This document shows, piece after piece, positions 43,129 through 57,142 of a stretch of DNA of 64,000 nucleotides; within the stretch, counting starts at the first letter, position 1, and each line of letters opens with the position of its first letter. Source of the DNA: Haliotis rufescens (Eukaryota); the NCBI RefSeq assembly GCF_023055435.1, contig NW_025963890.1, positions 22,754,001 through 22,818,000 on the forward strand, written 5' to 3'. The notes beneath the pieces were generated by a model. That model saw nothing but the letters and a program-made list of their open reading frames with translations. It had not been told where the DNA came from and made no database searches. A program made the translations under genes and the position numbers.

Positions 43129-43660
43129 GGGGTATCCTCCCAAAACGTAGACCTGCCAAAACGCAGACCCGTTAATGCAACACTCGTTATGGCTGGTTGC
43201 ATCAGTATTTAGTACCCTGTACCCTTAAGTAAAATGGTATCACCCATGTAACAAGAAAGAAAGCTGGGTAGAGTTCACAATGTTCTATTCAAATGTTATT
43301 TCATTGTCATTTATGATTATCAGTCATTTTCACTTGTTTATCATCAGTGGATCAACTGCATCCAGGTACTGAAGGGGTGTCTTTTCACGGCGATGAAGCT
43401 GTTCCTTCTCTCTGTAGACAACCTTCCTGGGTGGCGGTGCTGCTCCAAATTGAATCTGTGCTAGTTTCGCTCTCTCCGAAATTTCTACCTTCTGGATCTG
43501 TTCGATAAATCTGAAGATGTTTGGATGCTTGTGCTGGAGGGACTTGCCGATTCTGGAGTGGAAACCATCTAGGTTGTTAATTGTACGGGGCCCTTGTGTC
43601 GCATGGTATATCCACAGTCGAGGTGGGAACCGGGCATCGTCATCCACCCATGTCGTAACC
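43127..43660 (-). mobile_element. Mutator-like (MULE) transposase C-terminal remnant with probable terminus
   Basis: ORF 43330-43647 W...PRTINNLDGFHSRI...HPNIFRFIEQIQKVE matches the RTNNxxEGWH...HPNIW motif of animal MULE transposases; terminus-like ggggtatcctcccaaaacgtagac at ~43127. Confidence 0.8.
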
Positions 43661-43817
43661 TCCAGTACACATTTTCATTCTTCGTCCTGTTCTTAGCATA
43701 CGTGTAGCCGTCTAGGAGAACTTGGCTTGTTTTGTTTTATCTTCTCAAAGACAAGAAAACAAATCTAAATATGTATCTTTTCGTACATGTTTCGAAGTGT
43801 TTCTAACTACTTTTTAC

Positions 43818-46101
43818 TTGAGAAGGAACGGATATTCAATATGAGAAATAACGGCTAATCCAGTATTTGAAATAACGGATAGCCCAGTTCGAGAAATAAC
43901 GGATATCCTAGTATGAGAAATAACGGATAAACCATAATGGGAAATGACGGATTGCCCAGTATGAGAAATAACGGATATCCTAGTATGAGAAATAACGGAT
44001 AAACCATAATGGGAAATAACGGATAGCCCAGTATGAGAAATAATGGATATCCCAGTACCAGAAAAAAACAGATAACCCATTATGGGAAATAACGGATAGC
44101 CTGGTATGAGAAGTAACGGATAACCCATTATGAGCAATAAAAGATAGCCTAGTATGAGAAGGAACGGATAACTCAGTATGAGAAATCACGGCTAATCCAG
44201 TATGGGAAATAAAGGATATCATAGTATGAGAAGTAACGGATAACCCATTATGGCAAATAACGGATAGCCCCGTACAAGTAATAACGGATAGCCTGGTATG
44301 AGAAGTAACGGATAACCCATTATGAGCAATAAAAGATAGCCTAGTATCAGAAGAAACGGATAACTCAGTATGAGAAATAACGGCTAATCCAGTATGGGAA
44401 ATAAAGGATATCATAGTATGAGAAGTAACGGATAACCCATTATGGCAAATAATGGATAGCCCCGTACAAGACATAACGGATAGCCCAGTATGAGAAATAA
44501 AGGATAAACCATTATGGGAAATAACGGATAGCCCAGTATGAGAAATAACGGCTAATCCAGTATGCTAAAATAACGGATATCCCAGTACGAGAAGAAACGG
44601 GTAACCCATTATGGGAAATAACGGATAGCCTGGTATGAGAAGTAACGGATAACCCATTATAAGCAATAAAAGATAGCCTAGTATGAGAAGGAACGGATAA
44701 CTCAGTATGAGAAATCACGGCTAATCCAGTATGGGAAATAAAGGATATCATAGTATGAGAAGTAACGGATAACCCATTATGGCAAATAACGGATAGCCCC
44801 GTACAAGTAATAACGGATAGCCTGGTATGAGAAGTAACGGATAACCCATTATGAGCAATAAAAGATAGCCTAGTATCAGAAGAAACGGATAACTCAGTAT
44901 GAGAAATAACGGCTAATCCAGTATGGGAAATAAAGGATATCATAGTATGAGAAGTAACGGATAACCCATTATGGCAAATAATGGATAGCCCCGTACAAGA
45001 CATAACGGATAGCCCAGTATGAGAAATAAAGGATAAACCATTATGGGAAATAACGGATAGCCCAGTATGAGAAATAACGGCTAATCCAGTATGCTAAAAT
45101 AACGGATATCCCAGTACGAGAAGAAACGGGTAACCCATTATGGGAAATAACGGATAGCCTGGTATGAGAAGTAACGGATAACCCATTATAAGCAATAAAA
45201 GATAGCCTAGTATGAGAAGGAACGGATAACTCAGTATGAGAAATAACGGCTAATTCAGTGTTGGAAATAACGGATATCATAGTATGAGAAGTAACGGATA
45301 ACCCATTATGGCAAATAACGGATAGCCCCGTACAAGAAATAACGGATAGCCTGGTATGAGAAGTAACGGATAACCCATTATGAGCAATAAAAGATAGCCT
45401 AGTATGAGAAGGAACGGATAACTCAGTATGAGAAATAACGGCTAATTCAGTGTGGGAAATAACGGATATCATAGTATGAGAAGTAACGGATAACCCATTA
45501 TGTGCAAATAAAGATAGCCTTGTATGAGAAGGAACGGATTACTCAGTATGAGAAATAACGGCTAATCCAGTATGGGAAATAACGGATATCATAGTATGAG
45601 AAGTAACGGATAACCCATTATGGCAAATAACGGATAGCCCAGTATGAGAAATAAAGGATAACCCATAATGGGAAATAACGGATAGCCCAGTATGAGAAAT
45701 AACGGAGAATCCAATATGAGAAATAACCGATATCCCAGTACAAGAAAAAACGGATAACTCATTATGGGAAATAACAGATAGCCTGGTATGAGAAGTAACG
45801 GATAACCCAGTATGAGCAATGGAAGATAGCCTAGTATGAGAAGGAACGGATAACTCAGTATGAGAAATAACGGCTAATCCAGTATGGGAAATAAAGGATA
45901 TCATAGTATGAGAAGTAACGGATAACCCATTATGGCAAATAACGGATAGCCCCGCACAAGACATAACGGATAGCCCAGTATGAGAAATAACGGAAAGCCC
46001 AGTACAAGAAATAGCGAATAACCCAGTATGGGCAGTAACGGGTAACCTAGTATGGGCAGTAACGGATAACCCAGTATGGGCAGTAACGGATAACCCAGTA
46101 C
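43818..46101. repeat. 24-bp satellite with 192-bp and 529-bp higher-order repeats
   Basis: Unit cccagtatgagaaataacggatag; ctggtatgagaagtaac recurs at 44101 and 44293; identical pseudo-ORFs start at 44474 and 45003. Confidence 0.97.
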
Positions 46102-46489
46102 GAAAGTCTTAAGTTCATTCCACGAACACCTGGGCACAGTGGTGTTGTCGCTGATTTTCCGTGACCCATTCCATATAATTGTTACCAATATTTTGCCTTT
46201 TTCGCCCAATAGAATCTATTTCGGCGGATAACCCAGACTGGTTGACGTTTTATATTAACAAATCCAACCTCTAAAGGCTACTTAAAGATATGACCATTTC
46301 TACTCTTGATGATGCGTACAAAGTTTTACGTACTCTGAATGATTTTTGAGAGAATGGTATCACACATGTGTTGGTAACGGAAAAAGAAATTATAGATATA
46401 AATTAGATAATAAATTCTGTTCTCCAGATGGCGCAAATCAGTGAGAGAGAGAGCTCTCTCTGTGTATACATTCGATTGCAGTACCTTTA

Positions 46490-46725
46490 TGTGTTATTTA
46501 ACAAGACATTAACGCAGTGTGCTTTTCCATCTCAGTGGACACACCCTAATCTAACACGTATTTTTAGGAAAGGTGACATAACACTTATTTCAAATTACCC
46601 GCCTATCAGTTTGAATTCTGTCTTTGGCAATATGTTTGAAAGATTAGTGTTTCTCCAGAACATCCTCAAGAAATATCAATCAGGTTTTACCACAAGTCAT
46701 TCTACAACTTTTCAATTAATTACAT
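46490..46725 (+). mobile_element. Non-LTR retrotransposon (CR1/L2-type) reverse-transcriptase fragment
   Basis: FPSQW...IFRKGD...SNYPPISLNSVFGNMFERLV...QSGF...HSTTFQL matches the FPxxWK, PIFKKG, NYRPISL and QSGFR motifs; degenerate. Confidence 0.85.
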
Positions 46726-47697
46726 TTTTCATAAATAAAGACAGACAAAAAGACTGTTCATTTAAGTCTCGCCTCGTTACAATTAACATGAAAAAATATA
46801 CACATGAAACTTTTGAATTAAAATTGTGACGAGCCATTCTTTTCAGGGCCATGAGAGCCGCTCTGACAAAAACAACGTTTTGCCGATTTTGATATTGCTA
46901 GCCCACTGAGATACCAAGCCGCAGTTTAACGTGAATACCACACTCAGAATGTTTGAACCTCTCTTGTGTCTTGTTTATATAAGGGATTTAGCTGATAATC
47001 TGCAAATATATATATTACTTTTTGCGTTCAACACATCTATCGGTATTGCTGCAAGAAATGTTAAAGCTACATAAGAGATACTCTTAACAATTATTTTAGC
47101 GCGTATACGTATACAGTCGCACAAACGCTATATGGTAGGTGTAACTCTGTCTATAATACAACATGGTCGAACTATGTCACCTCTATTATAGAGAAATTTC
47201 AAAAATGGTTTCATCCATTATATGATAAAAATACACTTTTTGTCAAAAGTTTATATAATGTATGCTGAGGCAGAAAGCGTCGACTCACAGCACTCACAGT
47301 CTGTTACAATCCTCTTGCCTGACATGCAGATAAACAGTCATCAGGAGATGACATACCCCCAGGCCTGGCGCAACTCGGAAATGGAGTTTCGCTACGTATA
47401 CCCCACTTTTGGTTCATTGCCATTAGATACCTTTAGTTCAGTGAAGAAAAAAATGATGTTAATCGGTATTTTTCAATATTCCAAATCATCAAAAGGCACC
47501 AGTTCCCCACAAGACTGATCTGTATAGCAAGTTTCATCAAGAAATATTCAATGGCTTTGGAACGGCTTCTGCTACGGAAACGAGCACTAACCTCATCTTC
47601 GGTATAAGTCCAACTTGTCTTTAAAAAAAATAATTTAAAAAATCATCAAAAGGCACAAGACCGATCTGTATAGTAAAAAATTCAACAAGAAACGGAC

Positions 47698-47930
47698 CAA
47701 TCTCATTAAAATCAGATCTTAGTTCTCGCTACCGCTTAACAAAGATCTGAGGCCATCCCATTGCGGGTCACGTCAGACCGACCTTGCGCGAACTTTGACC
47801 GACCAATGGAATGACCAATCAGAAGGCAGCTTTCTCGTGCTTTACGGCACAAATTTCAAATTCGCGACTACGCTTCGAAACATATTTTGACAAATTCTCG
47901 ATTACCAATTTTAAACCTGAACAAAAAAAA
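47698..47930 (+). mobile_element. Truncated copy of the AcademH-like element
   Basis: Left TIR and internal sequence match 4545-4760; no right TIR. Confidence 0.85.
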
Positions 47931-48059
47931 CCCCGAATGGCGAGACGTCCTAGTGCCAGCTATACATTGTACATTTAACAAGTAATCTATTGATGCGAGA
48001 CCCGGCTCTATGAACAGATCAATCCGCATCCGTCAAGATCCGGGAAGATTGAATCAGGA

Positions 48060-48297
48060 AGAAGGTCCGGGTTCGAATTGGTCATAACAAACCCATGCTT
48101 GTCGTAAGAGGCGATTAACGGGATCGGGCGGTCAGGCGCAGTGACTTGGTTGATACATGACATCATAGCCCAAATAGCGCAAATCGATACTCATGATATT
48201 AATTATTGGATTTTCTGGCCCAGACTCGAATCTTTAGAGATCGGCGTCATATAACTGGAATATTGCTGAGTGTGGCGTTAAAGAACATACAAATAAT
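48060..48297 (+). mobile_element. SINE family B copy (diverged)
   Basis: Same consensus; head shows gggttcgaatt (B-box-like). Confidence 0.8.
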
Positions 48298-48687
48298 AGA
48301 TCAATCCGTACTTTTGGGTGTTTGGTTTTGATACCTATTGATATCCAGTGTATACTGGAGGAAAAACGGCAACTACATTCGAAGCTCTGGAACCGAGATG
48401 AAATATACAGAGAATCGTCAATGAATTAAGATACACATGCCTGTGGGAATTGGTCGACAGTTGATATACATGCTTTGAGGCATGGTGTGTAGGCTTGAGT
48501 ACACGCCGCGTTATGCCATTTATATAACAGCATATCAGCTGAAGAGACTCAGATCGAGCAAGGGTATGGGGCTGATAAACCAAGGCTCACGAACAGGATG
48601 CTTCTTATTCGAACAAAATATAGGTGCATGCAAATAGGCGTGACAGATGCGATAGAACGTGAAAATTCCTAAGCTTAAGTTCTTGAT

Positions 48688-50640
48688 AGACGAGGAGGTT
48701 GTTGTTGGTGAAGGGATGGTCAGGAGATGGTTAAGGGACGAGGTGGTTGTTGTGGATGAAGGGATGGTCAGGAGATGGTTGAGGTTATTGAGGGACGAGG
48801 GGGTGTTGTGGATGAAGGGGTGGTCAGGAGATGGTTGAGGTTATTGAGGGACGAGGGGGTGTTGTGGATGAAGGGGTGGTCAGGAGATGGTTGAGGTTAT
48901 TGAGGGACGAGGGGGTGTTGTGGATGAAGGGATGGTCAGGATATGGTTGAGGTTATTGAGGGACGAGAGGGTGTTGTGGATGAAGGGACGGTCAGGAGAT
49001 GGTTGAGGGACGAGGTGGTGTTGTGGATGACGGGATGGTCAGGATATGGTTGGGGTTATCGAGGGACGAGGGGTTTGTTGGGGATGTAGGGATGGTCAGG
49101 AGAATGTTGAGGGACAACGGGAAGTTGTGGATGAAGAGAAGGTCAGGATATGGTTGAGGTTATTGAGGGACGAGGGGGTGTTGTGGATGAAGGGATGGTC
49201 AGGATATGGTTGAGGTTATTGAGGGACGAGGGGGTTGTTGTGGATGAAGGGATGGTCAGGATATGGTTGAGGTTATTGAGGGACAAGGGGTGTTGTGGAT
49301 GAAGGGATGGTCAGGATATGGTTGAGGTTATTGAGGGACAAGGGGTGTTGTGGATGAAGGGATGGTCAGGAGATGGTTGAGGTTATTGAGGGACGAGGGG
49401 GTTGTTGTGGATGAAGGGATGGTCAGGAGATGGTTGAGGTTATTGAGGGACAAGGGGTGTTGTGGATGAAGGGACGGTCAGGAGATGGTTGAGGTTATTG
49501 AGGGACGAGGGGGTTGTTGTGGATGAAGGGATGGTCAGGAGATGGTTGAGGTTATTGAGGGACAAGGGGTGTTGTGGATGAAGGGATGGTCAGGATATGG
49601 TTGAGGTTATTAAGGGACAAGGGGTGTTGTGGATGAAGGGATGGTCAGCATATGGTTAAGGTTATTAAGGGACAAGGGGTGTTGTGGATGAAGGGATGGT
49701 CAGGATATGGTTGAGGTTATTAAGGGACAAGGGGGTGTTGTGGATGAAGGGATGGTCAGGAGATGGTTGAGGTTATTAAGGGACAAGGGGTGTTGTGGAT
49801 GAAGGAACGGTCAGGAGATGGTTGAGGTTATTAAGGGACAAGGGGGTGTTGTGGATGAAGGGATGGTCAGGAGATGGTTGAGGTTATTGAGGGACAAGGG
49901 GTGTTGTGGATGAAGGGACGGTCAGGAGATGGTTGAGGTTATTAAGGGACAAGGGGGTGTTGTGGATGAAGGGATGGTCAGGAGATGGTTGAGGTTATTG
50001 AGGGACGAGGGGGTGTTGTGGATGAAGGGATGGTCAGGAGATGGTTGAGGTTATTGAGGGACAAGGGGATGTTGTGGATGAAGGGATGGTCAGGATATGG
50101 TTGAGGTTATTGAGGGACGAGGGGGTTGTTGTGGATGAAGGGATGGTCAGGATATGGTTGAGGTTATTGACGGACGAGAGGGTGTTGTGGATGAAGGGAT
50201 GGTCAGGATATGGTTGAGGTTATTGAGGGACGAGGTGGTGTTGTGGATGAAGGGACGGTCAGGAGATGGTTGAGGTTATTGAGGGACGAGGGGGTTGTTG
50301 TGGATGAAGGGATGGTCAGGAGATGGTTGAGGTTATTGAGGGACGAGAGGGTGTTGTGGATGAAGGGATGGTCAGGAGATGGTTGAGGTTATTGAGGGAC
50401 GAGGGGGTGTTGTGGATGAATGGGTGGTCAGGATATGGTTGAGGTTATTGAGAAGGGTGGGCCTGAGGTTTATACGGAGACAAGTAGGTTGAAGGGTGAG
50501 ACAGAAGATGATTGAGAGTATTGGGAGACAAGAGTGGTGTTGTGGATGAAGGGATGGTCAGGAGATGGTCTAGGTTATTGAGGGACAAGGATGATTTTTG
50601 GATGAATGGTGGATCAGGAGATAGCTGAGGTTACTGAGAG
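48688..50640. repeat. ~56-bp G-rich satellite
   Basis: Unit gagggacgagggggtgttgtggatgaagggatggtcaggagatggttgaggttatt, about 30 or more copies, degraded at both edges. Confidence 0.97.
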
Positions 50641-50899
50641 GCAACAAGGGTCATGTGGTTAATGATTGAAATATATTGGGCTTGAACCAAAACGACCAAG
50701 AAACATCGAAAAATAAGTAGACAGATACGTATATATACATTTGTTATGCTAGAAGAGGTGAGGGATAGTTATGATTAAACACCTATATCCCCACATAACT
50801 TCACGATGACTACTGTGCTGAGAAATATAGAAAGCCCAAGTGTCTCATGACAAATGCACTACATACTTGCCTCCAGAATGTGGATGCCGTGCTAAAGCG

Positions 50900-51660
50900 T
50901 TGGTTAAATCACGACCACGGGTCTATGCTCTGACTGCACCTAACATGGGTTTGAAGACAACATAGACCTATCCTTAGGGTTTCATCAAGATAAAGTGCTT
51001 GATAATATCTCTCCTTATTTACCGATTGTTTTAGTGATGAATCGTCTTGCACATCAAAAGTTCTGCTCCAAACCTGGTCATTCGTAGGGGGCCTTGAAGT
51101 ATTTGTATGGGTAGACAGCAGATATTAAGGAGATTGCCGGTATTAGAATTAGTGGCGATAACGGATCTGTTATTGCCACCTGGGATCATCTAGATGAAAT
51201 TACACCCAGACTACACAGGAACCGATTCTTCTGTAAGCTCAAGACATGGATTCTGGCTAGCATCTTGGCTCATTGCAAACCAAAAAGGATCCCATTTAAT
51301 TAAAATTTCAGGCACTTGCCGTCTACAACATCTTTGATGTAATGTCCCCCTCACCATCTTTCATCTATTCTACAAGTCATAATTGGCATCCCGGTAAATA
51401 AACTGCCTACTCCGACCCAGCTTCAAAGCTGGCGGGTTAGACTCAAGTTCAAAGCGATGACAATTGTGGACCGGGGTCCCTTGACCCCCATCACGACAGT
51501 TGGGCAATGCAAGCCGACTTCTTTGGTTTATCACACTGTTCACGTTTTCAGCCAACGACACGGAAAGTGTGTGAGTCAAGTCCTGCCAAATCCAATACAG
51601 CATCACCGTTCACTTCCGATGTCGTATTGGCGTAGTGGACGCGACGGGGATTGATTGGGC
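50900..51660 (+). mobile_element. Possible highly decayed RT/RNase H of an LTR- or DIRS-type retroelement
   Basis: Ordered short motifs DLSLGFHQ, VFVWVD, LGLIANQK and FTSD across frames; weak. Confidence 0.3.
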
Positions 51661-52684
51661 ATGTCCTCAGCCTTCTTTGATAAGGTCGTACTTGCTACAG
51701 AAAACAATACATCTGATCTGTTCGTGACGTTCGTTTATTAAATACTGCGAAAGAAGCGCCCCCGTCTCGCGATTTCCACTTACCGGAAGTGACGTAATTG
51801 AAATGAGATCGATCCACTGAGAAGGGAAGCAATCAAGAACGGTCGTGACCGGAATTGTGCAGTTTCTACAAACAAGCTAGCCTCGTAGGTTTGACGGACT
51901 CATTTAGCAGAGCACAAAAAGAAACTAACGTCGATTGCCTCCTCTGTAAGGCATGCTTTTATGGACTGCAGGATCATTGATTCGTCATGGCAACGGATGA
52001 CGTCACCGGCTAGATTTGTATACTTATATAAGCATACTATCATGATGCCTACAGTCTTAAACCGACCAGACTGCGTGGTATATTTTCCAAGACTCTATAT
52101 AGCGAGTGCCTTCTATTTTCGGTGCACAGGCGGAAGAGACATACGGTTCCTCAATGTGGTCTCATTACACTACATTATTTCATCAATTAGATTTTCTAGG
52201 CTTTTATCATTATGCTCTTAAGTGACATATGGCATACACTTAAATAACCGTACTGTAAATATTGATTGTGCCATGGATTCCTATGGGAAGTAATCAAGAC
52301 GCTGTAGTGTACGTATATGAATCTGAACGGCCGCAGTAATTGTGATGAATTGCAGTTGGACCAACATGGTGACTTCGAAACATTCGTCACTAACTGCTTC
52401 CGTTGTGCAGTGTTGGATGCTGAATATCGCATGCTATTAGAGGTGCGTTATGTAATTGCTGAAAGGAAGCCCCGTAGACACGTGTTCACTGACTACCGTA
52501 CTTTGAATGCACGATCAATATTAATGTGAGTTGCCAAACAACAATGCATTAGGCCTGCGATTGGATTATATTGTTTCTTTGAACCTGCTGAGATCATAAA
52601 CATGGCATGAACCTTGATCGTATATACACATATCTATTGATATTATCTATTTTCTTCCACATGTACGCCACCACCTCCTTCGTC

Positions 52685-53292
52685 GTCATGAACACCACCT
52701 TCTGGATCTTCATGAACACCCCAACCAACCCCTGGTTCCTCATGAACACCACCACCTTTTTCTTGTGAATACCACCTTCTTGATCTTCATGAACACTCCA
52801 ACCAACTCCTGGTTCCTCATGAACACCACCACCTTTTTCTTGTGAACACCATCTTCTTGATCTTCATGAACACCCCAACCAACTCCTGGTTCCTCATGAA
52901 CACCACCACCTTTTTCTTGTGAACACCATCTTCTTGATCTTCATGAACACTCCAACCAACTCCTGGTTCCTCATGAACACCACCACCTTTTTCTTGTGAA
53001 CACCATCTTCTTGATCTTCATGAACACTCCAACCAACTCCTGGTTCCTCATGAACACCACCACCTTTTTCTTGTGAATACCACCTTCTGGATTTTGATGA
53101 ACACTCCAACCATCTCCTGGTTCCTCATGAACACCACCACCTTTTTCTTGTGAACACCATCTTCTTGATCTTCATGAACACTCCAACCAACTCCTGGTTC
53201 CTCATGAACACCACCACCTTTTTCTTGTGAATACCACCTTCTGGATTTTGATGAACACGCCAACCAACTCCTGGTTTTTCATGAACATCACC
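52685..53292. repeat. 77-bp minisatellite built from three tgaacacc-led subunits, about 8 copies
   Basis: catgaacaccaccacctttttcttgtgaacaccatcttcttgatcttcatgaacactccaaccaactcctggttcct; followed by a C-rich tract at 53318-53396. Confidence 0.93.
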
Positions 53293-53940
53293 TCTTAGGT
53301 GGACGGGAACACCAGCAGCCCCCCCCCACCCCCCCCCCCCCCACCCCCCCACCCCACCCCACCCCCCCCACCCGACCCCCACCCCCCCCACCCCCCGGTT
53401 CTTCGTGAACCTCTGGGTTTCTTCACGAACACGACCAAACCTAGTTCTACGAGACCATCAACTCTTGGTTCTGCATGACCAAAAGTCATGATTCTAGACA
53501 AACACCAAATCTTTATGATACTTAAACAACGCTTTTGAACCTTCGCGAACGCCGCCTCTTGGCTCTCAATTGACGCCGTGGTATCTTTCTGTTTGAATAC
53601 AACTCCCTTTTTCTTGAAACCTTTCAACTTATTCTTGTTTCTTCAGGAACGCAAAAACCTTTCTTTCACCTCCCTCACATTCAATACCCGATATCGAATC
53701 ATGCATATTTCTCAATCATGAATCAATCATCTCGCCATTTCATGCATACCACCCCTGTTCCTTATCATGTTCATCATATCATGAACATGGCCATCCCTCT
53801 TCTTCATAAACCCTTCACAACCACAACACACCCATTGGCAAAACATATCGATAAGGAGTATTTATTTAAACATGTAATTTGCAAATTAACACCCAAGGTG
53901 AGTCTTTTCCCTGCCTACATGTTTTCTCCCATCTCCTACA

Positions 53941-54188
53941 TGGTGATTCCTGTTAGAATAGGTCCCCAGCAACCCATGCTTGTACGGGGCCACTAAATAG
54001 ATCAGGTGGTCAGACTTGGCGATTTGGTTGATTGCGTGTCATTGTACTCCCACAGCGTGGGTTGTTGCTCAATACCATTCACAGTCTGTCTGTGTGGCCG
54101 GTCCAGACTCGATCACTTACAGGCCGCCGTCATATAGCTGGAATTTTGCCGAGTGTGTCGTTCAACAACAAGAACAGCAATAACAACA
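53941..54188 (+). mobile_element. SINE family B copy (diverged)
   Basis: Same consensus with (caa)n tail. Confidence 0.75.
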
Positions 54189-55098
54189 AGTGTCACCTTA
54201 AAATGTCTTCATCAGCAGTTTCCCTGCCTTTGTCCGTTCTCCAACCACAGCATATCGCCCCCCCCCCCCCCCCCCCAAACTAAGTCACGCCCCCTCAGTT
54301 CGTCATAATGCAAGAGACAGATAGATACTAGTACATTGACATGTTACACTCAAGCATGGGTTTCACTGTAGCGTTTTTAATGTACATTAGACATCTGAAT
54401 TAGTACCACTTTGGCATTTACAACACAGTCGAGATCACGGAATCTTGCACATCAATATATTACCTTAACGCCGGTAAATAACACTGAATTGTACAGAGCC
54501 CGTGATGCATAATAATGCATAGAGCAGAGCTTTCAATCTGGGATTTTGAAGCAATCGGTCATGTAGAACGATCAGCTTCATAAACGCTCATTGGAAGCAC
54601 TTTGGCGATTATTGGCCATTCTTGTGTGGCATGGAAGCCGTAGTTTCCTTCAAAAAGGTTTCCGAAATATGTATGGAGGAACCCGTGCGAAGAAGACGAT
54701 AGCCATTAACAGAAAAGTAGAAAGCCTTCTACAAATGGGATAAGCTATTCCCGTCATTAGTATAATGAATGTCTATATTTAGAACCTAGTGGCTGGTTAT
54801 TCATTTCCGATGATGAGGTTTGGTGTAAGTGTCTAGACTTTATTGTTGCTCGGTCAAACACCCAGCCATGGTCAACCATCAATCACAAAATGAATCGGTC
54901 GACGGAACACGCTGACGATTTACAATAATGTTTTAATGACATATAAATGTAAACAGAGTAATGAGATCATGGCGGGTAACCTACCGACTGAACAGGAAAC
55001 AAACGTTTAGTAACACTGTACGTGGACATCAGAATCACACGACTCCATTTCAGTGGAAATTGCTACCTGGCTTTACAAGTAATGTTTTTACAAGTACT

Positions 55099-55259
55099 CA
55101 GTGGAATCTGTCAAACCGGACTCTGACTAATCCGGATCTCTGTCCAAATCGGATTATATTTACGGTCGTGAATGTATTATGTTAATCTGTCATCAAGTGT
55201 TCCGGACCACTGTCTAATCTTTCGGCCCCATACAAGTCCAGTTTAGACAGGTTCCGCTC
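55099..55259. mobile_element. pogo/Tigger-like MITE
   Basis: Imperfect TIRs cagtggaatctgtcaaaccggac / gtccagtttagacaggttccgctc followed by TA. Confidence 0.6.
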
Positions 55260-55385
55260 TATTAATAGTTATTATTATTATTATTATTATTATTATTCGA
55301 TGATGATGTATTTGATACGGTTATGATAGGCGATGTGAAATACATCACATGCATCAATAAGTATCTCACAACAGGTGACGTGCAC

Positions 55386-55555
55386 NNNNNNNNNNNNNNN
55401 NNNNNNNNNNNNNNNNNNNNNNNNNNNNNNNNNNNNNNNNNNNNNNNNNNNNNNNNNNNNNNNNNNNNNNNNNNNNNNNNNNNNNNNNNNNNNNNNNNNN
55501 NNNNNNNNNNNNNNNNNNNNNNNNNNNNNNNNNNNNNNNNNNNNNNNNNNNNNNN
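55386..55555. other. Assembly gap (N run)
   Basis: 170 consecutive Ns. Confidence 1.
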
Positions 55556-56520
55556 CAAGTGAACATCCTTTGCCCGGCATATAATAACGGGTAGGTGCTA
55601 AACGGGTAGGTACAAATGCGTCTTGTGGAAGAGAGTATCTTTTTATGGCCTTTATTGCTCCGTAATTCCAATGCTATGGATGGACACGAGGCATTTAAGA
55701 GATTTCCTTTACCGTTTCACATTGTACCCTCGACAATGCTTCTTTCGTAAATCAGATTGAATAAAAAAACACGTGTGTTTTTGGCCGATGTTAAACACGT
55801 TTGGGGCATGTTGATTTAAGGAGGTGCTTTTAAAATTATGTTGTTAATTATATAGTTTTATGGAATACTGCGAGACCTCGATAATCCGGAGTGTGGCGTC
55901 GTAATTCTCGGTTGGATTAACGCCTATCCGGTACAAGGAAACAGGACGTAATAGAAAATAGTTCATTTGTAAACTACACAAATTATTCTGTAGTTGATGT
56001 TCGGAATAATACGAATGAACTTCTGATATTGACAAAATCATTTTTCACACTGCAGGGACAAGATGTAACGTTGCTCCTCGACAACCCGTTGCTATAGTGT
56101 TGCTGTATTTAGAATTACCAGTCTGTATACTACCAGTATTTGTCCAAATTGGTTTTATTTCCAAAGGACTGATCACCAGGTGTCATTTTCGTCTGTGTAT
56201 CTGAGACAATGAACTCGTCTAGCTAGGAAGAATCTGGTGTCTCGAAGGATTGATGATGTTCGTAACTATGTTGTTTACTGATTCTAAGGATAAATTGTGG
56301 ACGCGTTTTCGAAGAATAGATGAGGTTCGTCAGTTCCCCGAATGATGCATAGCGTCCTTGACCGCTTTCGTCTGAGGTGTCGTCTGCTTGTTAACGTCTT
56401 CAGGCGATGGTAGACAGATGAAGGATGGACACTTTCGGATGTACCTATCACTTGGCCACATCACTCTGTGTTGATTTAGTGGGAAGGTATAAGATAGAAA
56501 CGCTATCTTTTACCTAAGTT

Positions 56521-56644
56521 AGGATGGGTAGCCTTGTGGTTAAATCGTTGACTCGTCTCCGCCAGGTGCCCAGGGTCGAGTCCCCACTTGGGAATAATGT
56601 GTGAAGCCTATTCTTGATGTAACCCCGCGGACTATTGCTCACTC
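56521..56644 (+). mobile_element. tRNA-derived SINE family A (diverged)
   Basis: gggtagccttgtggttaaa...gggtcgagtcccc...aatgtgtgaag, homologous to 1894-2025. Confidence 0.65.
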
Positions 56645-56653
56645 ATTGGAAAC

Positions 56654-57142
56654 CAATCTCATTAAAATCAGACCTTAGTTCACGCTACCGCTAAACAAAG
56701 ATCTGAAGACATCCCATTAGGGGTCACGTCAGAACGACCTTTCATCCGACCAATCAGTGCGTCGCTTACCAGATTATGAAAGTGACAGTCGGAATGTGTT
56801 TTCTAATCATGCAATCTCGAAAACCTTAACATGGGCTATTCCGAACGATAGTTACGGGTTTAACGACTGAATCCTTACAATCTAGACTATCTATTAGCCA
56901 TTCCAGAATGTTTGTTTGTTCAGGTTTCAAATTTGTAATGGAGAATTTGTCAAAATATGTTTCGAAGCGTAGTCGCCAATTTGAAATTAGTGCCGTAAAG
57001 CACGAGAAAGCTGGCTTCTGATTGGTCATTCCATTGGTCGGTTAAAGTTCGCGCAAGGTCGGTCTGACGTGACCCTTAATGGGATGTCCTCAGACTTTTG
57101 TTTAGCGGTAGCGAGAACTAAGATCTGATTTTAATGAGATTG
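56654..57142 (-). mobile_element. AcademH-like non-autonomous transposon, copy 2 (complete)
   Basis: ~88-bp TIRs; exact 9-bp TSD attggaaac (56645-56653, 57143-57151); internal ORF nearly identical to that of copy 1, in the opposite orientation. Confidence 0.9.

Noticed and set aside
43814-46209. Long minus-strand ORFs (SHTGLSVI repeats)
   Set aside because: Open only because the 24-bp unit lacks stops in that frame; frames break at each 529-bp block.
55262-55671. ORFs containing X runs
   Set aside because: Artefacts of the N gap.
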